From Veleropilina oligotropha (taxonomy: Eukaryota), in contig JBEUKZ010000112.1 of assembly GCA_048128005.1 (NCBI GenBank), positions 186,001-250,000 of the forward strand: a stretch of 64,000 nucleotides of DNA, read 5' to 3'. Every line of letters begins with the position of its first letter. Position 1 is the first letter of the stretch. The notes under the pieces are model-generated. The model ran no database searches and was not told where the DNA came from. It saw nothing but the letters and a program-made list of their open reading frames with translations. Below are positions 10,801 to 25,800 of this stretch, one piece after another. A program made the translations under genes and the position numbers.

Positions 10801-13800
10801 TGTATATTTACAAAGTAAGTATATTAGATGATATGATGCTTCGCAATAAATTAATAGTACCATTATTATGGTTCATTCAATGATTGACGTGCATTTTTTA
10901 GTAAAATTAATCCAGTACAAATGTATGTTCATTAAAATGTATCTGGTATGTTGTTCTTAAATTATCTCATATAATCGACGTACAGCGGATATTTATTTCC
11001 GTCTCCGACAAACGCAGATGTCATCGCCTTGCTGCTCGAAGTGATATATATGCTTTCCTAACAGCTATTAAGTCTCTTAATTGCTCCAATTTCTTTACAG
11101 CCTGTTGACTTCATTATCGCAATGACTGCCTTTTGTTTAACTGCCTGATATTTTAATATCTATCATGCCCGACATGTATTGATTCACCGCAACAAAAATT
11201 ATTTACTTTCGATGTATCGGCCAGAGTTAATCTGGGCACTGCCCAGGTTAACAACTTGGGCACTGCCCAGGTTAACAACTTGGGCACTGCCCATGCTAAC
11301 TACGGCAGTGCTCAAATTTCCATAATAATAACTTGTTGCATTTAAAAGTATTGTTGTAAATAGAACTGACATATTGGTCCGCTAATATACACGCGTTTTA
11401 AAAAATCGGTATGTACTGATTTTTATTTGACAAGAGCAAATTCGAAGGTTGGGCAGTACCAAACTTGTGCATTTTAACATTGGGCACAACTGCCACGCGT
11501 GTCCTATTTAACCTCGCACCTGGCTATTTTTGTATAGCCAATCACAATAGGTCAGGAAGCCAGAACGGACATTCTTTCAAGTTCGACAAACATGTGAAAT
11601 ATTCGACATATATGTGTATATTTCACGATTAAACAAGTATATTATTCACACTTTTTGTAGGATTGTAAGGGTATAAACACAAAAAGTTAGGGAAATAGAT
11701 TTTGACAGTTTTAGATATTTTCAGCAGAAACAAATCATCAATGTGTGCAGCAAACGTATCGTCGCAATAGCCATCTACTGCTTCTTTACGAAAGCAGTAA
11801 TTTGGCCGATTGCAAGCTACGTGTATTTTTGAAACAATTATATTTGAATATGACACGGTGTCAGAGTTTGTTACTAAATTGCACAACAGATGTGGGATAC
11901 TACCTATAAACTGACCAAATTCCATTACAGAAGTGGGTGTTACTTGAAACATCAGATGGAAAAGTTGTGAAAGTGACCTACATTTTTGTTCAATGAGATT
12001 AAGAGCGCGACATTTGATTGTAGTGGACAGGAGTTTCAAAACTGGATATATCTATACTCCTCAGTTCCTGCGTCCCAATTATAAAACCAAAAGGTTAAAA
12101 GTTTATTTAATATAATTTTTTTATAGATATCCAAAATCTTATTGAAATAATGAGTCACCATCGCAGCCAAATAATGGGTTTTGGACGTTCCTCGAGCAGT
12201 CCGAGCTATCGCTGGATCGAAACTCATGCTTGGTTTCTCAATGCACAATCCACCAGGTATAAATTGGACTGTATTCGTGATGTTATCATCGAGCACGACA
12301 AAGACATTATGGCCTTGACAGAGACGTGGCTTACATCCACTAACTAGAGGTATAATCCTCATACAGGCCCGCCTTTTGGATATATAAATCCATAGAGAGG
12401 AAAATAATCAATAACTCTATATCTTCAAAGTGCACGAAAATGACCTTGACCTTTGACCCAGAGACTCCATTTTTGAACTTAACCAAGGCCTGATGGTATA
12501 CAAGGTGCATACCCAAGATGAAAGCTGTAGGTCCAGCGGTTCATCTTCTATGTGACAGAAAGCAATCTTCGAAGTGCCAGAACGGAAATACACGAAAATG
12601 ACCTTGACCTTTGACCCAGCGACCCCATCTTTGAATTTGGGCTAGGCCTGATGGTATACAAGGTGCATACCCAAGATGAAAGCTGTAGGTCCAGCAGTTC
12701 ATCTTCTATGTGACAGAAAGCAATTTTCGAAGTGCCAGAACGGAAATACACGAAAATGACCTTGACCTTTGACCCAGCGACCCCATCTTTGAACTTGGGC
12801 TAGGCCTGATGGTATACAAGGTGCATACCCAAGATGAAAGCTGTAGGTCCAGCGGTTCATCTTCTATGTGACAGAAAGCAATCTTCGAAGTGCCAGAACG
12901 GAAATACACGAAAATTACCTTGACCCAGCGACCCCATCTTTGAACTTGGGCTAGGCCTGATGGTATACAAGCTGCATACCCAAGATGAAAGCTGTAGGTC
13001 CAGCGGTTCATCTTCTATGCGACAGAAAGCAATCTTCGAAGTGCCAGAACGAAATACACGAAAATGACCTTGACCTTTGACCCAGCGACCCCATCTTTGA
13101 ACTTGGGCTAGGCCTGATGGTATACAAGGTGCATACCCAAGATGAAAGCTGTAGGTCCAGCGGTTCATCTTCAATGTGACAGAAAGCAATCTTCGAAGTG
13201 CCAGAACGGAAATACAGGAAAATTACCTTGACCTTTGACCCAGCGACCCCATCTTTGAACTTGGGCTAGGCCTGATGGTATACAAGGTGCATACCCAAGA
13301 TGAAACCTGTAGGTCCAGCGGTTCATCTTCTATGTGACAGAAAGCAATCTTCGAAGTGCCAGAACGGAAATACACGAAAATGACCTTGACCTTTGACCCA
13401 GCAACCCCATCTTTGAACTTGGGCTAGGCCTGATGGTATACAAGGTGCATACCCAAGATGAAAGCTATAGGTCCAGCGGTTCATCTTCTATGTGACAGAA
13501 AGCAATCTTCGAAGTGCCAGAACGGAAATACACGAAAATGACCTTGACCTTTGACCCAGCGACCCCATCTTTGAACTTGGGCTAGGCCTGATGGTATATA
13601 AGATGTATACCAAATATGAAAGGAGTAAGTCCAGCGGTTCATCTTCTATGTGACAGAAAGCATCAGGCGACGGACGACGGACGCCAGTATACGGCTATAG
13701 CCCTGCCTTTAGAAGGCGGGCCAAAAAGGATGAATTCTTTGTCAAATCTCTGTCTATGTCTGGATATGACATTTTCAGTGTTCCTAGGAAGGGAAATATG

Positions 13801-16800
13801 GGCTACGGTGTTGTCGCTATATTGTACAAAAGAAATCTGAGGGTCAGTGCCAAGTCATCTGCTGAATGTGTGGAGACTTTTGAATACTGTGAGATATTGT
13901 TTCAGAATGTCTCCAGATATCTAAACATCATTTTGATATACAGGCCACACACCATCCAAAAAAAAAAAACTTACGACTAATAGGTTCATTGAAGAGTTCA
14001 ACTTGTTCATGCTGGATTGCATAGACTCTGTCGGTGAGCTTATACTTGTGGGAGATCTTAATTTTCATCTCGATAAGCCATCTGACCCGGATTCCATGAA
14101 GCTTCTTTCGCTGCTTGAGACCCTGCACTTCAAACAGAATGTTTCATCTTCAACACATTGTTCAGGCCACATACTGGATGTGATAGTCATTCGTGGCGAG
14201 CAAATCTTACATGACCTCAGTGTCAGTGATCCGATTTCTGACCATAATCTACTACTATGCACGATATACCATCCTAAGCCATCGCTCGTGCGTGTAACTA
14301 TCAATACCCGGAAGATGCGGAACATCAACATGGTGGATTTTCAACAGGAGCCTGATTTCCATCCCATACATGAAAATCAAGATGTTGTTTCTCCTACAGA
14401 CCACTATAATCACTCACTGACTCGTGTCCTCGATCATCATGCTCCGGCACGCAAGAAGATCATGACTATCCGTCCTTCACAACCATGGTTTTCTGATGAA
14501 TTACACCAAGCTATATGCGAGAAACGGAAGATGGAGCGACGATGGAGATGAACACGACTCACCGTTCACAAAGATATTTTCAAAGAGTCAAAGGATGTGT
14601 ATAACATCATGTTAGAAGCTACTAAAACATGATTCTTCAATAATAAAATTGATGAATGTGGTAACGATGCCAAAGCCGTTAGTCTCGTGATGACAGAAAT
14701 TCTCCAAAACAAGACAAGAAGTGTGAGAGCCACACATTATCCCACGGGTTTGTCGTAATTGATGGAAAAATTTACGTCGAAAACTGTGCAAATATTCGGC
14801 AGAACAATCTGAAATTCAAGAGCAACCTAGTTTATGTCCCAATAAACCTGCATAACAAATTTGAATTCCCTAGCTTTACGGTTTTCTTTATATCATGTTC
14901 ACGTTGTCCGAAAAGGAGTTTGTCGAAAAAGGGGGATAACTGTGCAAATATTAGGCGGATTAATCTGAAATTCAATAGAAACCTAGTTTATGTCCCAATA
15001 AACCTGCATACCAAATTTGAATTCCCTAGCTGTTACGGTTTTCCTGATATCCTGTTCACGTCGTTCGAAATGGAAATTTTATGTCGAAAAAGGGGGATAA
15101 CTGTGCAAATATTTGGCGGAATAATCTTAAATTCAATAGCAACTTAGTTTATGTCCCAATAAACCTGCATACCAAATTTGAATTCCCTAGCTATTATAAT
15201 ATTACTGATATCATGTTCACGTCGTCAAAAACGAAAATTTTGTCGAAAAAGGGGGATAACTGTGGAAATACTGTTTTCCTGATATCATGTTCACGTCGTC
15301 TATACGGACGGACGGACAGATGGACGACATGATCCCATCGTTTTTTCAAAACAGATGGGAAAAAAAAGTTAAAACTACCTGACCACTCTTCATCAAAAGA
15401 ACTTGCACACAGGTTTACACACTTCTTTCATTCGAAAGTGTCTTCTATCCATGCTACGTTTTCTGAGGTGAATCAACGTACTGACCTTCGCGTCCCCCAT
15501 CATCCATACCTTCCCTGACTTCTCTTCTATCACCGAGAATGGACTTCGAACAATCGTGATGAAGTCACCTACCAAGGGATGCTCCCTTGACCCAATACCA
15601 ACACTTATGGTTAAGCAGGTCATAGAGTCACTTCTACCACTCATGACCACAGTGATCAACTAGTCTCTCGCCGCAGGAGTCGTCCCTGCCAGTATGAAAA
15701 TGGCCAGAGTATCACCTCTTCTAAAGAACTCTTCCATGGATAGTGGAGAGCTTAAGAACTATCGCCCAGTTATTAATCTGTCATTCCTGTCCAAGGTACT
15801 TGAAAGCTGTCACAAAACAGCTACAGTCTTACATGGACATACATGATCTGCACAAAGCTGGACATAGTAGAGACCGCCCTCACCAAAATCCAGAACGACC
15901 TGCTGTGTACTATCGATAAGCGTGGTGTTGCTATTTTCATTATGCTCGATCTCATCGCAACTTTCGACACGGTTGACCACAACGTCCTGTTAGACCGCAT
16001 GCACTCACTTTTGGGCATCAGTGGAACTGTCCTCAAGTGGTTCAGATCTTACTTGACAGGTCGGTCTCAGCAAGTACAGATTCATGATGCTCTATCAAAT
16101 GTGATAGACCTCCCGTTCGATGTACCCCAAGGTTCAGTTCTTGGACCATTTCTCTTTCTTATATATATGTTGCCGCTTCGTCATCTTATCTACTCGCATG
16201 GTCTGAACATGCACAGCTACTCCGATGACACTCAAATCTACCTGACCTTTGAGAACCCCAATGATGCCAGTGTTATACAACAAGGATGCATTAATTTTGA
16301 AAAATGTCTGGTTGATTTCCACGCATGGATGACCACCAACAAACTGAAGCTCAATAATGATAAAACTGAGATTATGTTGTTTGGCACCAAATCATCTCTT
16401 AGCAATGTCAACATCGTCTCGCTTGATGTGGCTGGAATCAGTCCGCATCACCGACGAACCGGTCAGGAATCTTGGAATCGTTCTCGATCAATCTTTGTCT
16501 ATAACACCTCAGGTGAATAGGATGATCCAACTAGCAAGCCTCCATCTGCGCAACATTGGACAAGTTCGACATAGACTCACTGAAAAGGCCACCAAATCGC
16601 TAGTCCAATCACTTGTCATCTCCAGATTGGACTACTGTAATAGCTTACTCTGTGATATTCCCTGGGAACAATTGACTAGGCTTCAATTAGTTCAAAACAA
16701 AACTGCACAGATGATCACCCTGACAAAGAAACGTGATCACATAACACCGGTTTTCAAATCCCTTCAATGGTTACCAGTAGATGTCCGAATTGACTTCAAA

Positions 16801-19800
16801 GTGTCACTTCTTGTGTACAAATCTTTGTGCGGAGTTGCCCCGCAATATATTCTTGACTTGCTGCATGAGTATCATCCATCTAGACAGTTGAGATCATCAT
16901 CTTTGGATATGCTCCAGATACCAAAGTCTAGGACAGCTCGTTATGGAGATCGTGCTTTTTTTTTATGCTCAAAGTCTGGAACCCTCTACCACTTAACATT
17001 CGACAAGCTGATTCTATTTATTCTTTTAAATCGCTTCTGGAAACTCATTTCTTTAAAATAAAGTATGATAACTAGCTAGGTAAATTGGTGGAACTATTGT
17101 ACAGCGCTTTTGAAGTCAATTATTATTATTATTATTATTATTTTAATTCTAGATATTAACAAGAGCACCGCAAAACGATGCAAACGCTCGTCTGTTATTT
17201 GACCTCCAAAATGTGTAGCTATAAAACATGAATCAGCCCTGTTAATATTAAATGTGAAATAAAAGCAAAACCATCCTGAATATCTTGCATCTGCTGGTGT
17301 CCGGGAAAGTATAACAATGTATGTTGCATGTCATCTTCTCGAGGATGAAGAACTGGTGGTTTATGACTCAGTGACATGTATCTGAAGCCATTTAGAGACT
17401 GCAATATACAGTCATGTATTCGTGAGAAATTGCAAACTCTTCTCTGAATTTACAATAACTTGTTGTAGGTGGTCTTACCTCACTTGGCCCAATTCTCCGT
17501 TTAGACAACTGTATTGTCATACAATATCATATCATACAATAATTTTAACCCTGATCAGTAGAGGAGACTTAAATAGAGAGTGATATTAGACACTGGATAC
17601 AGTCTGTTCTTGTAATGGTAATATATACTGCCATTTCAAGATACCCATGGAATAAACCAATGGGGAAGCCAGTTATCAAAATCCAATCAATCCATCTGAT
17701 TTTGATAATCCCAGCTTCACAGAGTGACCATTAAGCTTAACAGCTTACTGTGCCTATTGGCAGTGAGCAAGTCTTACAGATAAGCACATGTCCCTTTCAT
17801 CGTACACATATAATATTACATAAGTAAACAACAGAAATAAATTTACTCTTCCAAAAAATTACATTTCTATTCATAGAAAGAATGCTAATTCGTCATCCTC
17901 AATACTTCAAGGCATACCGTTAATCAAACTTTTCAGAATACCTGCTATAGTGTGTAGTCATAGTTAACCGGCATTTCAGGGCACAAATTAAGCGTAAAAT
18001 TACTAAGTCATTCAGGTATAAAAAGTAGGTAAAGGACGTGCATGGGTGGGTGGTTTGGGGTGAGGCACCCAAGGAGTAAGTGATAGCCAAGTTTGGTAGA
18101 CCTAGGCCCAGTAGTTGCTGAAAAACTGACTCCAACGCAAAGGTTAACTGGCATTTCAGGGCACAAATTAAGTGTAAAATTACTAAGTCATTCAAGCATA
18201 AAAAGTAGGTCAAGGACATGCATGGGTGGGTGGTTTGGGGTGAGGCACCCAAGGAGTAAGTGATAGCCAAGTTTGGTAGACCTAGGCCCAGCAGTTGCTG
18301 AAAAGCTGACTTGAACGCAAAGGTTAACCGGCATTTCAGGGCACAAATTAAACGTAAAATTACTAAGTCATTCAAGCATAAAAAGTAGGTCAAGGATGTG
18401 CATGGGTGGGTGGTTTGGGGTGACACACACAAGGAGTAAGTGATAGCCAAGTTTGGTAGACATAGGCCCAGCAGTTGCTGAAAAACTGACTCGAACGCAA
18501 AGGTTAACCAGCATTTCAGGGCACAAATTAAGCATAAAATTAGTAAGTCATTCAAGCATAGTGGGTGGATTGTGGTGAGGCACCCAATGAGTAAGTGATA
18601 GCCAAGTTTGGTAGACCTAGGCCCAGTAGTTGCTGAAAAACTGACTCAAACGCAAAGGTTAACCAAATCCGGACGACGCCGCCGACGCAGACGCCGACGC
18701 CGACGCCGGAGTGGTGACAATAGCTCTTTATGTTTTCACAAACAGACGAGCTAAAAATAATTATTTGGTTGAAAATCTACAGCAAACACTTACTTTTCTT
18801 TCTCATCCTCCAGTTCGGCATATCCCTGCAAAATAGATAACCTTTGACACTATAACAACATTTTGATCCTCCAAACGTAGTCTTAATGAGGATGCACTCA
18901 GCAGTGCATACAGCTTCAAACCCAGACATCTGTATCAACCATGCCAATAAGGTTTCAGTTATGACATGGTCAATCACTCAGGGCTAGCGCTGGCTTTTCA
19001 TTTTCTGGCGCCAATGAATTCGCCAATTGCTATTTTGCCGTGCCAATTTCAGATGAGATTCGCCAATTTTAGATTGGATTCGCCAATATAAAAATTTTGA
19101 GTTAATATTATGGAGGCCACCCAGACAAAAACATATAAGCGACTTATCATGGCTCTTGTTTCAACAGTTTGAAAACATCTCGTGGGAATCCAGTAGTTTT
19201 CAAATAAATCGAGGGTATATATTATATATATGTGTGTGTGTGCAGGCAGCACACATGCATTGTATACATACATATACAGTCAATTCAGTGTTCACTATTA
19301 TATTTCTTGTAAATATAAAATAACTTTTTATTTTGTCATCATGATCATGCATTATTATTTTTTATATTGCTTTATTTGTTGTTTTCTCTTTCTGTGCTAT
19401 TTCATTTTTATTTTCCCTCCAATAAATAATCCATTTCATAAACTTTGACCTTTCTTATTGCTGTCAGTGCCCAGGACTGTGTTTTGCGACATGTATGCAA
19501 ATTAGGGATGGTGCTTGTGACATGTTCCTCAGATCTGTTGTAAAACTCTTGCCTTTGATCTCCGGAGCAAACTTGGCTGTTCCGTCTATTAACGTTACTG
19601 TAACAGCCGCGGAAACCCAGACTTGGCTAGCCACCATTAGTAGGGACTGTTTTGTCTGCTGGATTGCCACGAATTTATAACATTTTCATTGAGTAAAGAC
19701 TGCATAATATTTACAGCATGAAGGTATTATTAGGTAACTTTATCCATGGTATTTCAATAGAATATCTATCTATATGCAATATATTTCTGTAGTGGTATAT

Positions 19801-22800
19801 TTTGCGTTTTGTCTAAGAATGTTTTTGCCCAGACAGTTGGCGCGCGATGACGCTTCTTAGAAACGAAACCCTGATTATAGTATATGCACACGGACCATTT
19901 GATAATGTCTTAGAAACGAAACCCTGATTATAGTATATGCACACGGACCATTTGATAATGTCTTTTCATTTATTACAAAAAATAAAAATAATTTCGTTCA
20001 TTGACGTGATTAGATTAAATAGCACAGCGCACTAGATCTATTTTTACTACTTGAAACAAAGAGAGTCGGGCAAATGAAGCATTGCCCGACATCCTGTTAC
20101 AGCATAAACTTCTAATGGCCTGATTTCATGACGTAACCAGTACGCAGCGCTATTGGCGGTTTGCCTAGTTATTGCGACGGCAGCTTTAGTGTTACTTTTG
20201 TTTTAAAAAATACGTTATTCGTTTAGTTTGACGTGATTCTTATGATGCTATAATAGCCTATTTAATTGAGATTATCTTCTTCCTAACTCGCGTATATTGA
20301 AGTTCCGGTCAAAATTTGACATTAACCGGAATCTAAACAGTTAAAATGCGACTCTGGTATCGAAAGTCTGCTGGTGAACTTTCCCCAGTTCAAGATTCGT
20401 CGACAATGCGCGTGCGTGACGAACTCGTTTCACAAGTCAATCAACAACTGTCCATCATTCATAAACCTCATACGTTTTAATCCAATGGAATCGCCGGAAA
20501 TAATGAGAACTAGGCCAAATGAATATTGATGAGATGGATGAAGTCACGTAAAGACACGCATTGAAACGAGACAAATATGACAAATGGACGCCCGAATTCG
20601 AACGTTTTCACTTTGTGGCGAAAAAAGGACTAATAACAGAATAAATGGGTCAAAGCAACGGTTGAAATAAGGTTTATTCACACATATACAGGCAAGTAAG
20701 AAATAAAAGATACACTTATTCTCAACTAAGCTGTTTGTCAGTTTAATTTAGCTCTGAAAATGCGCATTACGAAAATGAAAAGTTATGTAGCATGATTTTA
20801 AAATCGCTATTGGATTCGCCAAAGCGAATTTTGAAGCGCCAATATTTTTTCAAATTCGCAATTTGCGATTTTGGCGCCCGACAGCGCGAGCCCTGTCACT
20901 GATAGATGAAATGAACTGATGTTGTGAACAAATGAGGTGGGCACGATAATGCAGAAAATCCCAGATCCACATAGGGCTTAAACCTGTGTAGCAACCACTC
21001 AGCCATCTTATAAAATTGGACATTGGCACTAGACTACAAGTACTTACTTCTCATAGATCATAATTGTATATTGAATATTGCCAAGTGAATTTGGAGTAAC
21101 ACTGAATAGTTTTCATTACACCATTCACCATTGAACTGGAATAGAGTCTTCTAATTACATAGATTTTTTCATTATCCAAACATTCTGGTACATGTTCACT
21201 TGCCTTGAATCTATCATTGATGGACCGGACGAGGTCTTTTGCAGTTGTTGCTGCTTTTTCGTCATGCTAAATAAAATATGAAAATTTATGGTTCTTGTAA
21301 AACTGTAAAATATGGTACAAATTCATAAATGTTATGTGATGTTTCTTATTATCAGATTTGGATTTTTGGTTTTGATTGATGCCAATTAACAACATTCAGG
21401 GTCATGTCATTCAATCCATACTTGTTTTAATGCGGGGTGAAAATGTATCCACTGCTGTCTATTACAAATCGGAAAGAAGTCTTTACATCTGGTCGTATGA
21501 TTGTATAATGGAAAGAGGTAAATCTTCCACAAAGAATTCTTGGATGCTTTGATTTTGATGATATAACGTTTCATTAAAGTATATTAAATGTACAACGATG
21601 AAATGTAGTGACTCCATGAGAAAATGAAAATTTCAACGGTCATTTGAAAAATTATGATCAGATGTGTTAACCACGCTGTCTTCCTAATCAAAACTAGATA
21701 TGTCAGAGTGACACGAATGCCCCCCGCTGAAACAACTGCCCAGGAATGAAAGAAATTCGAAGTAAACAGTCATAACTCTCTTAACATTGCATTTACGCAT
21801 TTAACAATGTATGAATAAGTATACACCTATATTCCAAATATAGTTTCATTCCATGAATGTATTCAGAAGTTATCGTCCAGAATTGAAAAAAAAATTAAAT
21901 TAATAATTAATGTCCTGTCTCCTAAATGAAGTTGGGAATTTATAGAAATGAAAATCCATATTCTGATTTTCTGATATACATGTGTATATCAAATTAATTT
22001 AATTTGAATCCATGAATGCCTTAATATAGCGCAGAATCTAAAGCATTCAATCGAGGACAAACATGTGTAACAATAAATGCTCTCCATACTTCATTTTGAA
22101 GGGACAAGGCATAAAATTTCTTTCCAATGATATTACACGTGTATACCAAATTTAATTTATATCCATGAAGGCATTATCAAGTTATCGGCCGGAAATGGAA
22201 AAAAAAATTGCATGTTGATGAAGGGACATAACTCCCTTATGTGAAGGCGGAATGTCACCGAAATCTAACTCCACTTAGCTATTATGATCATACACGTGAA
22301 TATCAAATTTAATTTAAATCCATGAAGGCATTCTGAAGTTACTGCCAGGAAATGAAAAAATGTTTCAAAGTGAATCAAGGGGCATAACTCCCATATGGAA
22401 CATGGGAATTTTACCGAAATCGAACTGCACTTAGCCATTACGATCATACACGTGAATACCAAATTCAATGTAAATTCATGCAAAAATGTTTCCAAGTGAA
22501 TCAAGGGGCATAACTCCTTTATGGAAATTCGGAATGTTACCGAAATCGAACTTCACTTCGGTATTATGATCATACATGTGAATACCAATTTAATGCAAAT
22601 CCATGAAGGCATTCTGAAGTTACTGCCCGGAAATGAAAAAAAGTTTCAAAGTGACTCAAGGGGCATAACTCCTTAATGGAAATTCGGAATGTTACCGTAA
22701 TCGAACTTCACTTAGCTATTATGATCATCCACTTGCATACCAAATTTCATTGAAATCCATGAAGGCATTCTAAAGTTATAGCCCAGAAACGAAGTTCGGA

Positions 22801-25800
22801 CGGACGGACGTGTGCAACACTATATGCCCCCAAACTTCGTTTAGCGGGCATAAATATGATGACTCATACCTCTTCTGCTGGTTTTTCAAAATAAGATTTC
22901 TTCTCTCTGCCTCGGTCTCTGTCAGATTCCCTCACTCTGTCTCGGCGATGTTCGCGGTCACGGTTTCGGCCATGACGGTCGCGTTCCTTGTCGTCGTCAC
23001 GATCCCTGTCCTTACCACGATTACGGCGATCCTTACGGTCCTTGGATTTAGGTAACATCGGAGTGTAATCAGCAATGTCCCCATATATGCTGGAAATTAT
23101 GAGTTTTGAAAGGGCTTAAATTTCCAGAAAAATGTCTGGGCAGGATGGACACGTTTATTTATAATCCTTTGGGACTAATATCAAGCACCGTGCAGACAAA
23201 TATTTACAATGACAAGTAAGCATGTGACAATATATAAAATATTAACCTTAAGTTTCAAGATAATGAATCTAAACATTTCCTTTCAAGTTGGAAATCAACA
23301 GTTAAATTATTCATGAACAGGCTAATTGGTAAAAATATTGTTGGTTGATTAAACTTTGATTGATTTGAATTTATCAGGTTTATTTCCTGTTAAACATTTA
23401 TGATCATATTGAGTTCACAATATCTCTTGAAAATGCCTGTAATTTCTGGTTACAGACTATCATGACAACCATCTTTGAAGTCTTTTTTATTGGAAGTGAA
23501 CCTGTGGTTCCGATCCAGTGCAGACTGTCAGTGCAAATTAATGAAGAGTTCAGTGCCATGCACTTCACAAAGGTTACACAAAGTAAGACTTTGCTTAGAT
23601 ATAACAAAAGTTTGTCAAATAAATAAACATACTTGTCGTCTGCTCCGGGAAGTTTCTCCTTGATTTTAGTTTCTTCTTTCCCTTTTCCTAAATAATAAAA
23701 TACAAATCTTTAATCAAAGGACGATTCACGACTATGTGCAATAAATTGGAAACGATAAATTTAATGATATTGTTTAGAGAAATCATGCAAATTTCTGTAA
23801 CTTAAACAATGCTAAATACAATCACTAAGTGCTCACAATCACTAAGTGCTCACAATATCACTAAGTGCTCACAATCACTAAGTGCTCGCTTTTACAGACA
23901 TGGCAAAAAAAATGGTATGGTTTGGATTGAGCCTAAATATCCTGTGTTTAATAACCAAGAAGCGGGAGAAAGGCGAGACCCCCTCCTGAAAAATGTGGTA
24001 GAAAAACTCAAGTGATTCACATCTGACACCTACCTTTGTCTTTCTTCTTAAGCTTTTTGTCTCTCCTTCCTTCTCTGAGATACGACAAAATCTGTGTCAG
24101 TTTGTTGATGACAATATCATTTGTGGTTAATGTCGTTGACGACTGAAAAACAAGACAAAATGTGTGGGATATACGGGTACACAAACAGTAATAACAGCCA
24201 TGCAATGAATAATGTGTGGGATATACGGGTACACAAACAGTAAAAACAGCCATGTAATGAATAATGTGTGGGATATACGGGGACACAATCAGTAATAACA
24301 GCCATGCAATGAATAATGTGTGGGATATACGGGTACACAAACAGTAATAACAGCCATGTAATGAATAATGTGTGGGATATACGGGGACACAAACAGTAAT
24401 AACAGCCATGTAATGAATAATGTGTGGGATATACGGGTACACAAACAGTAATAACAGCCATGTAATGAATAATGTGGGATATATGGGTACACTAACAGTA
24501 ATAACAGTCATGTAATGAATAATGTGTGGGATATACAGGTACACGAACAGTAATAACAGTCATGCAATGAATAATGTGTGGGATATACGGGTACACGAAC
24601 AGTAATAACAGCCATGCAATGAATAATGTGTGGGATATACGGGTACACAAACAGTAATAACAGCCATGCAATGAATAATGTGTGGGATATACGGGTACAC
24701 GAACAGTAATAACAGTCATGCAATGAATAATGTGTGGGATATACGGGTACACAAACAGTAATAACAGCCATGCAATGAATAATGTGTGGGATATACGGGT
24801 ACACGAACAGTAATAACAGTCATGCAATGAATAATGTGTGGGATATACGGGTACACGAACAGTAATAACAGTCATGCAATGAATAATGTGTGGGATATAC
24901 GGGTACACAAACAGTAATAACAGCCATGCAATGAATAATGTGTGGGATATACGGGTGGGGGGGGAGGAATTATGCTTAATGTCCTGTATATTTATAACAT
25001 CGAGGTTCAAGGCAGGACATGTCCGTGTTATCGCGGGAGGAAACCCCGGTCGCCCGGGTAAACCCGCCCTCTTCGACCAGTCACGGACAACTGTGCTTCA
25101 TAACTTGAACAAATGTGTGCTGCCTCAGCCGGGGGTCGATCCCACTACTGTTCGCGTCAGCGGAAACAAGCCAGTGAATTTAGAGTGGACACTCTACCCA
25201 CTGCGCTACCGAAGCGGCCTGGGATATACGGGTACACGAACAGTAATAACAGCCATGTAATGAATAATGTGTGGGATATACGGGTACACACACAGTAATA
25301 ACAGACATGTAATGAATAATGTGTGGGATATACGGGTACACGAACAGTAATAACAGCCATGTAATGAATAATGTGTGGGATATACAAGTACACGAACAGT
25401 AATAACAGCCATGTAATGAATAATGTGTGGGATATACGGGTACACAAACAGTAATAACAGCCATGTAATGAATAATGTGTGGGATATACAGGTACCCAAA
25501 CAGTAATAACAGACATGTAATGAATAATGTGTGGGATATAGGGGTACACGAACAGTAATAACAGCCATGCAATGAATAATGTGTGGGATATAGGGGTACA
25601 CGTACAGTAATAACAGACATGTAATGAATAATGTGTGGGATATACGGGTACACAAACAGTAATAACAGCCATGTAATGAATAATATAAAGTAACGAATGT
25701 TCATAGCTAAACTTTAAACGTTTTATAAATGACAGGTGCCAAAATTTGTCTTGGATAGTATATGTCTGCAAATATATATATATTTTCATAATTATGAAAT

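Larger units (their letters stand above)
12150..17142 (+). mobile_element. Degenerate CR1/L2-type LINE (APE endonuclease + RT) in an IK intron, interrupted by two insertions
   Basis: Endonuclease motifs LNAQS, ALTETWL, GDLNFH, GHILD and SDH; RT motifs FDTVDH, PQGSVLGP, YSDDTQ, LKLNNDKTE and SRLDYCNS. Several stops and frameshifts; (ATT)n tail at ~17119-17142. Confidence 0.9.

Noticed and set aside
11630..12140. Possible L1/Tx1 3' fragment on the minus strand
   Set aside because: Only a vague peptide resemblance; it needs a profile search.
17479..17508. 30-nt frame-preserving IK cassette exon (CAG|...GAG|GTAAGA on minus)
   Set aside because: It lies within a repeat element, has no RED homology and is not needed for phase; RNA evidence would be required.
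24017..25789. Many long ORFs on the minus strand
   Set aside because: They are translations of the 52-bp minisatellite; only 24034-24142 is a real IK exon. The same applies to ORFs at 12548-13189, 17920-18555 and 55028-55896.
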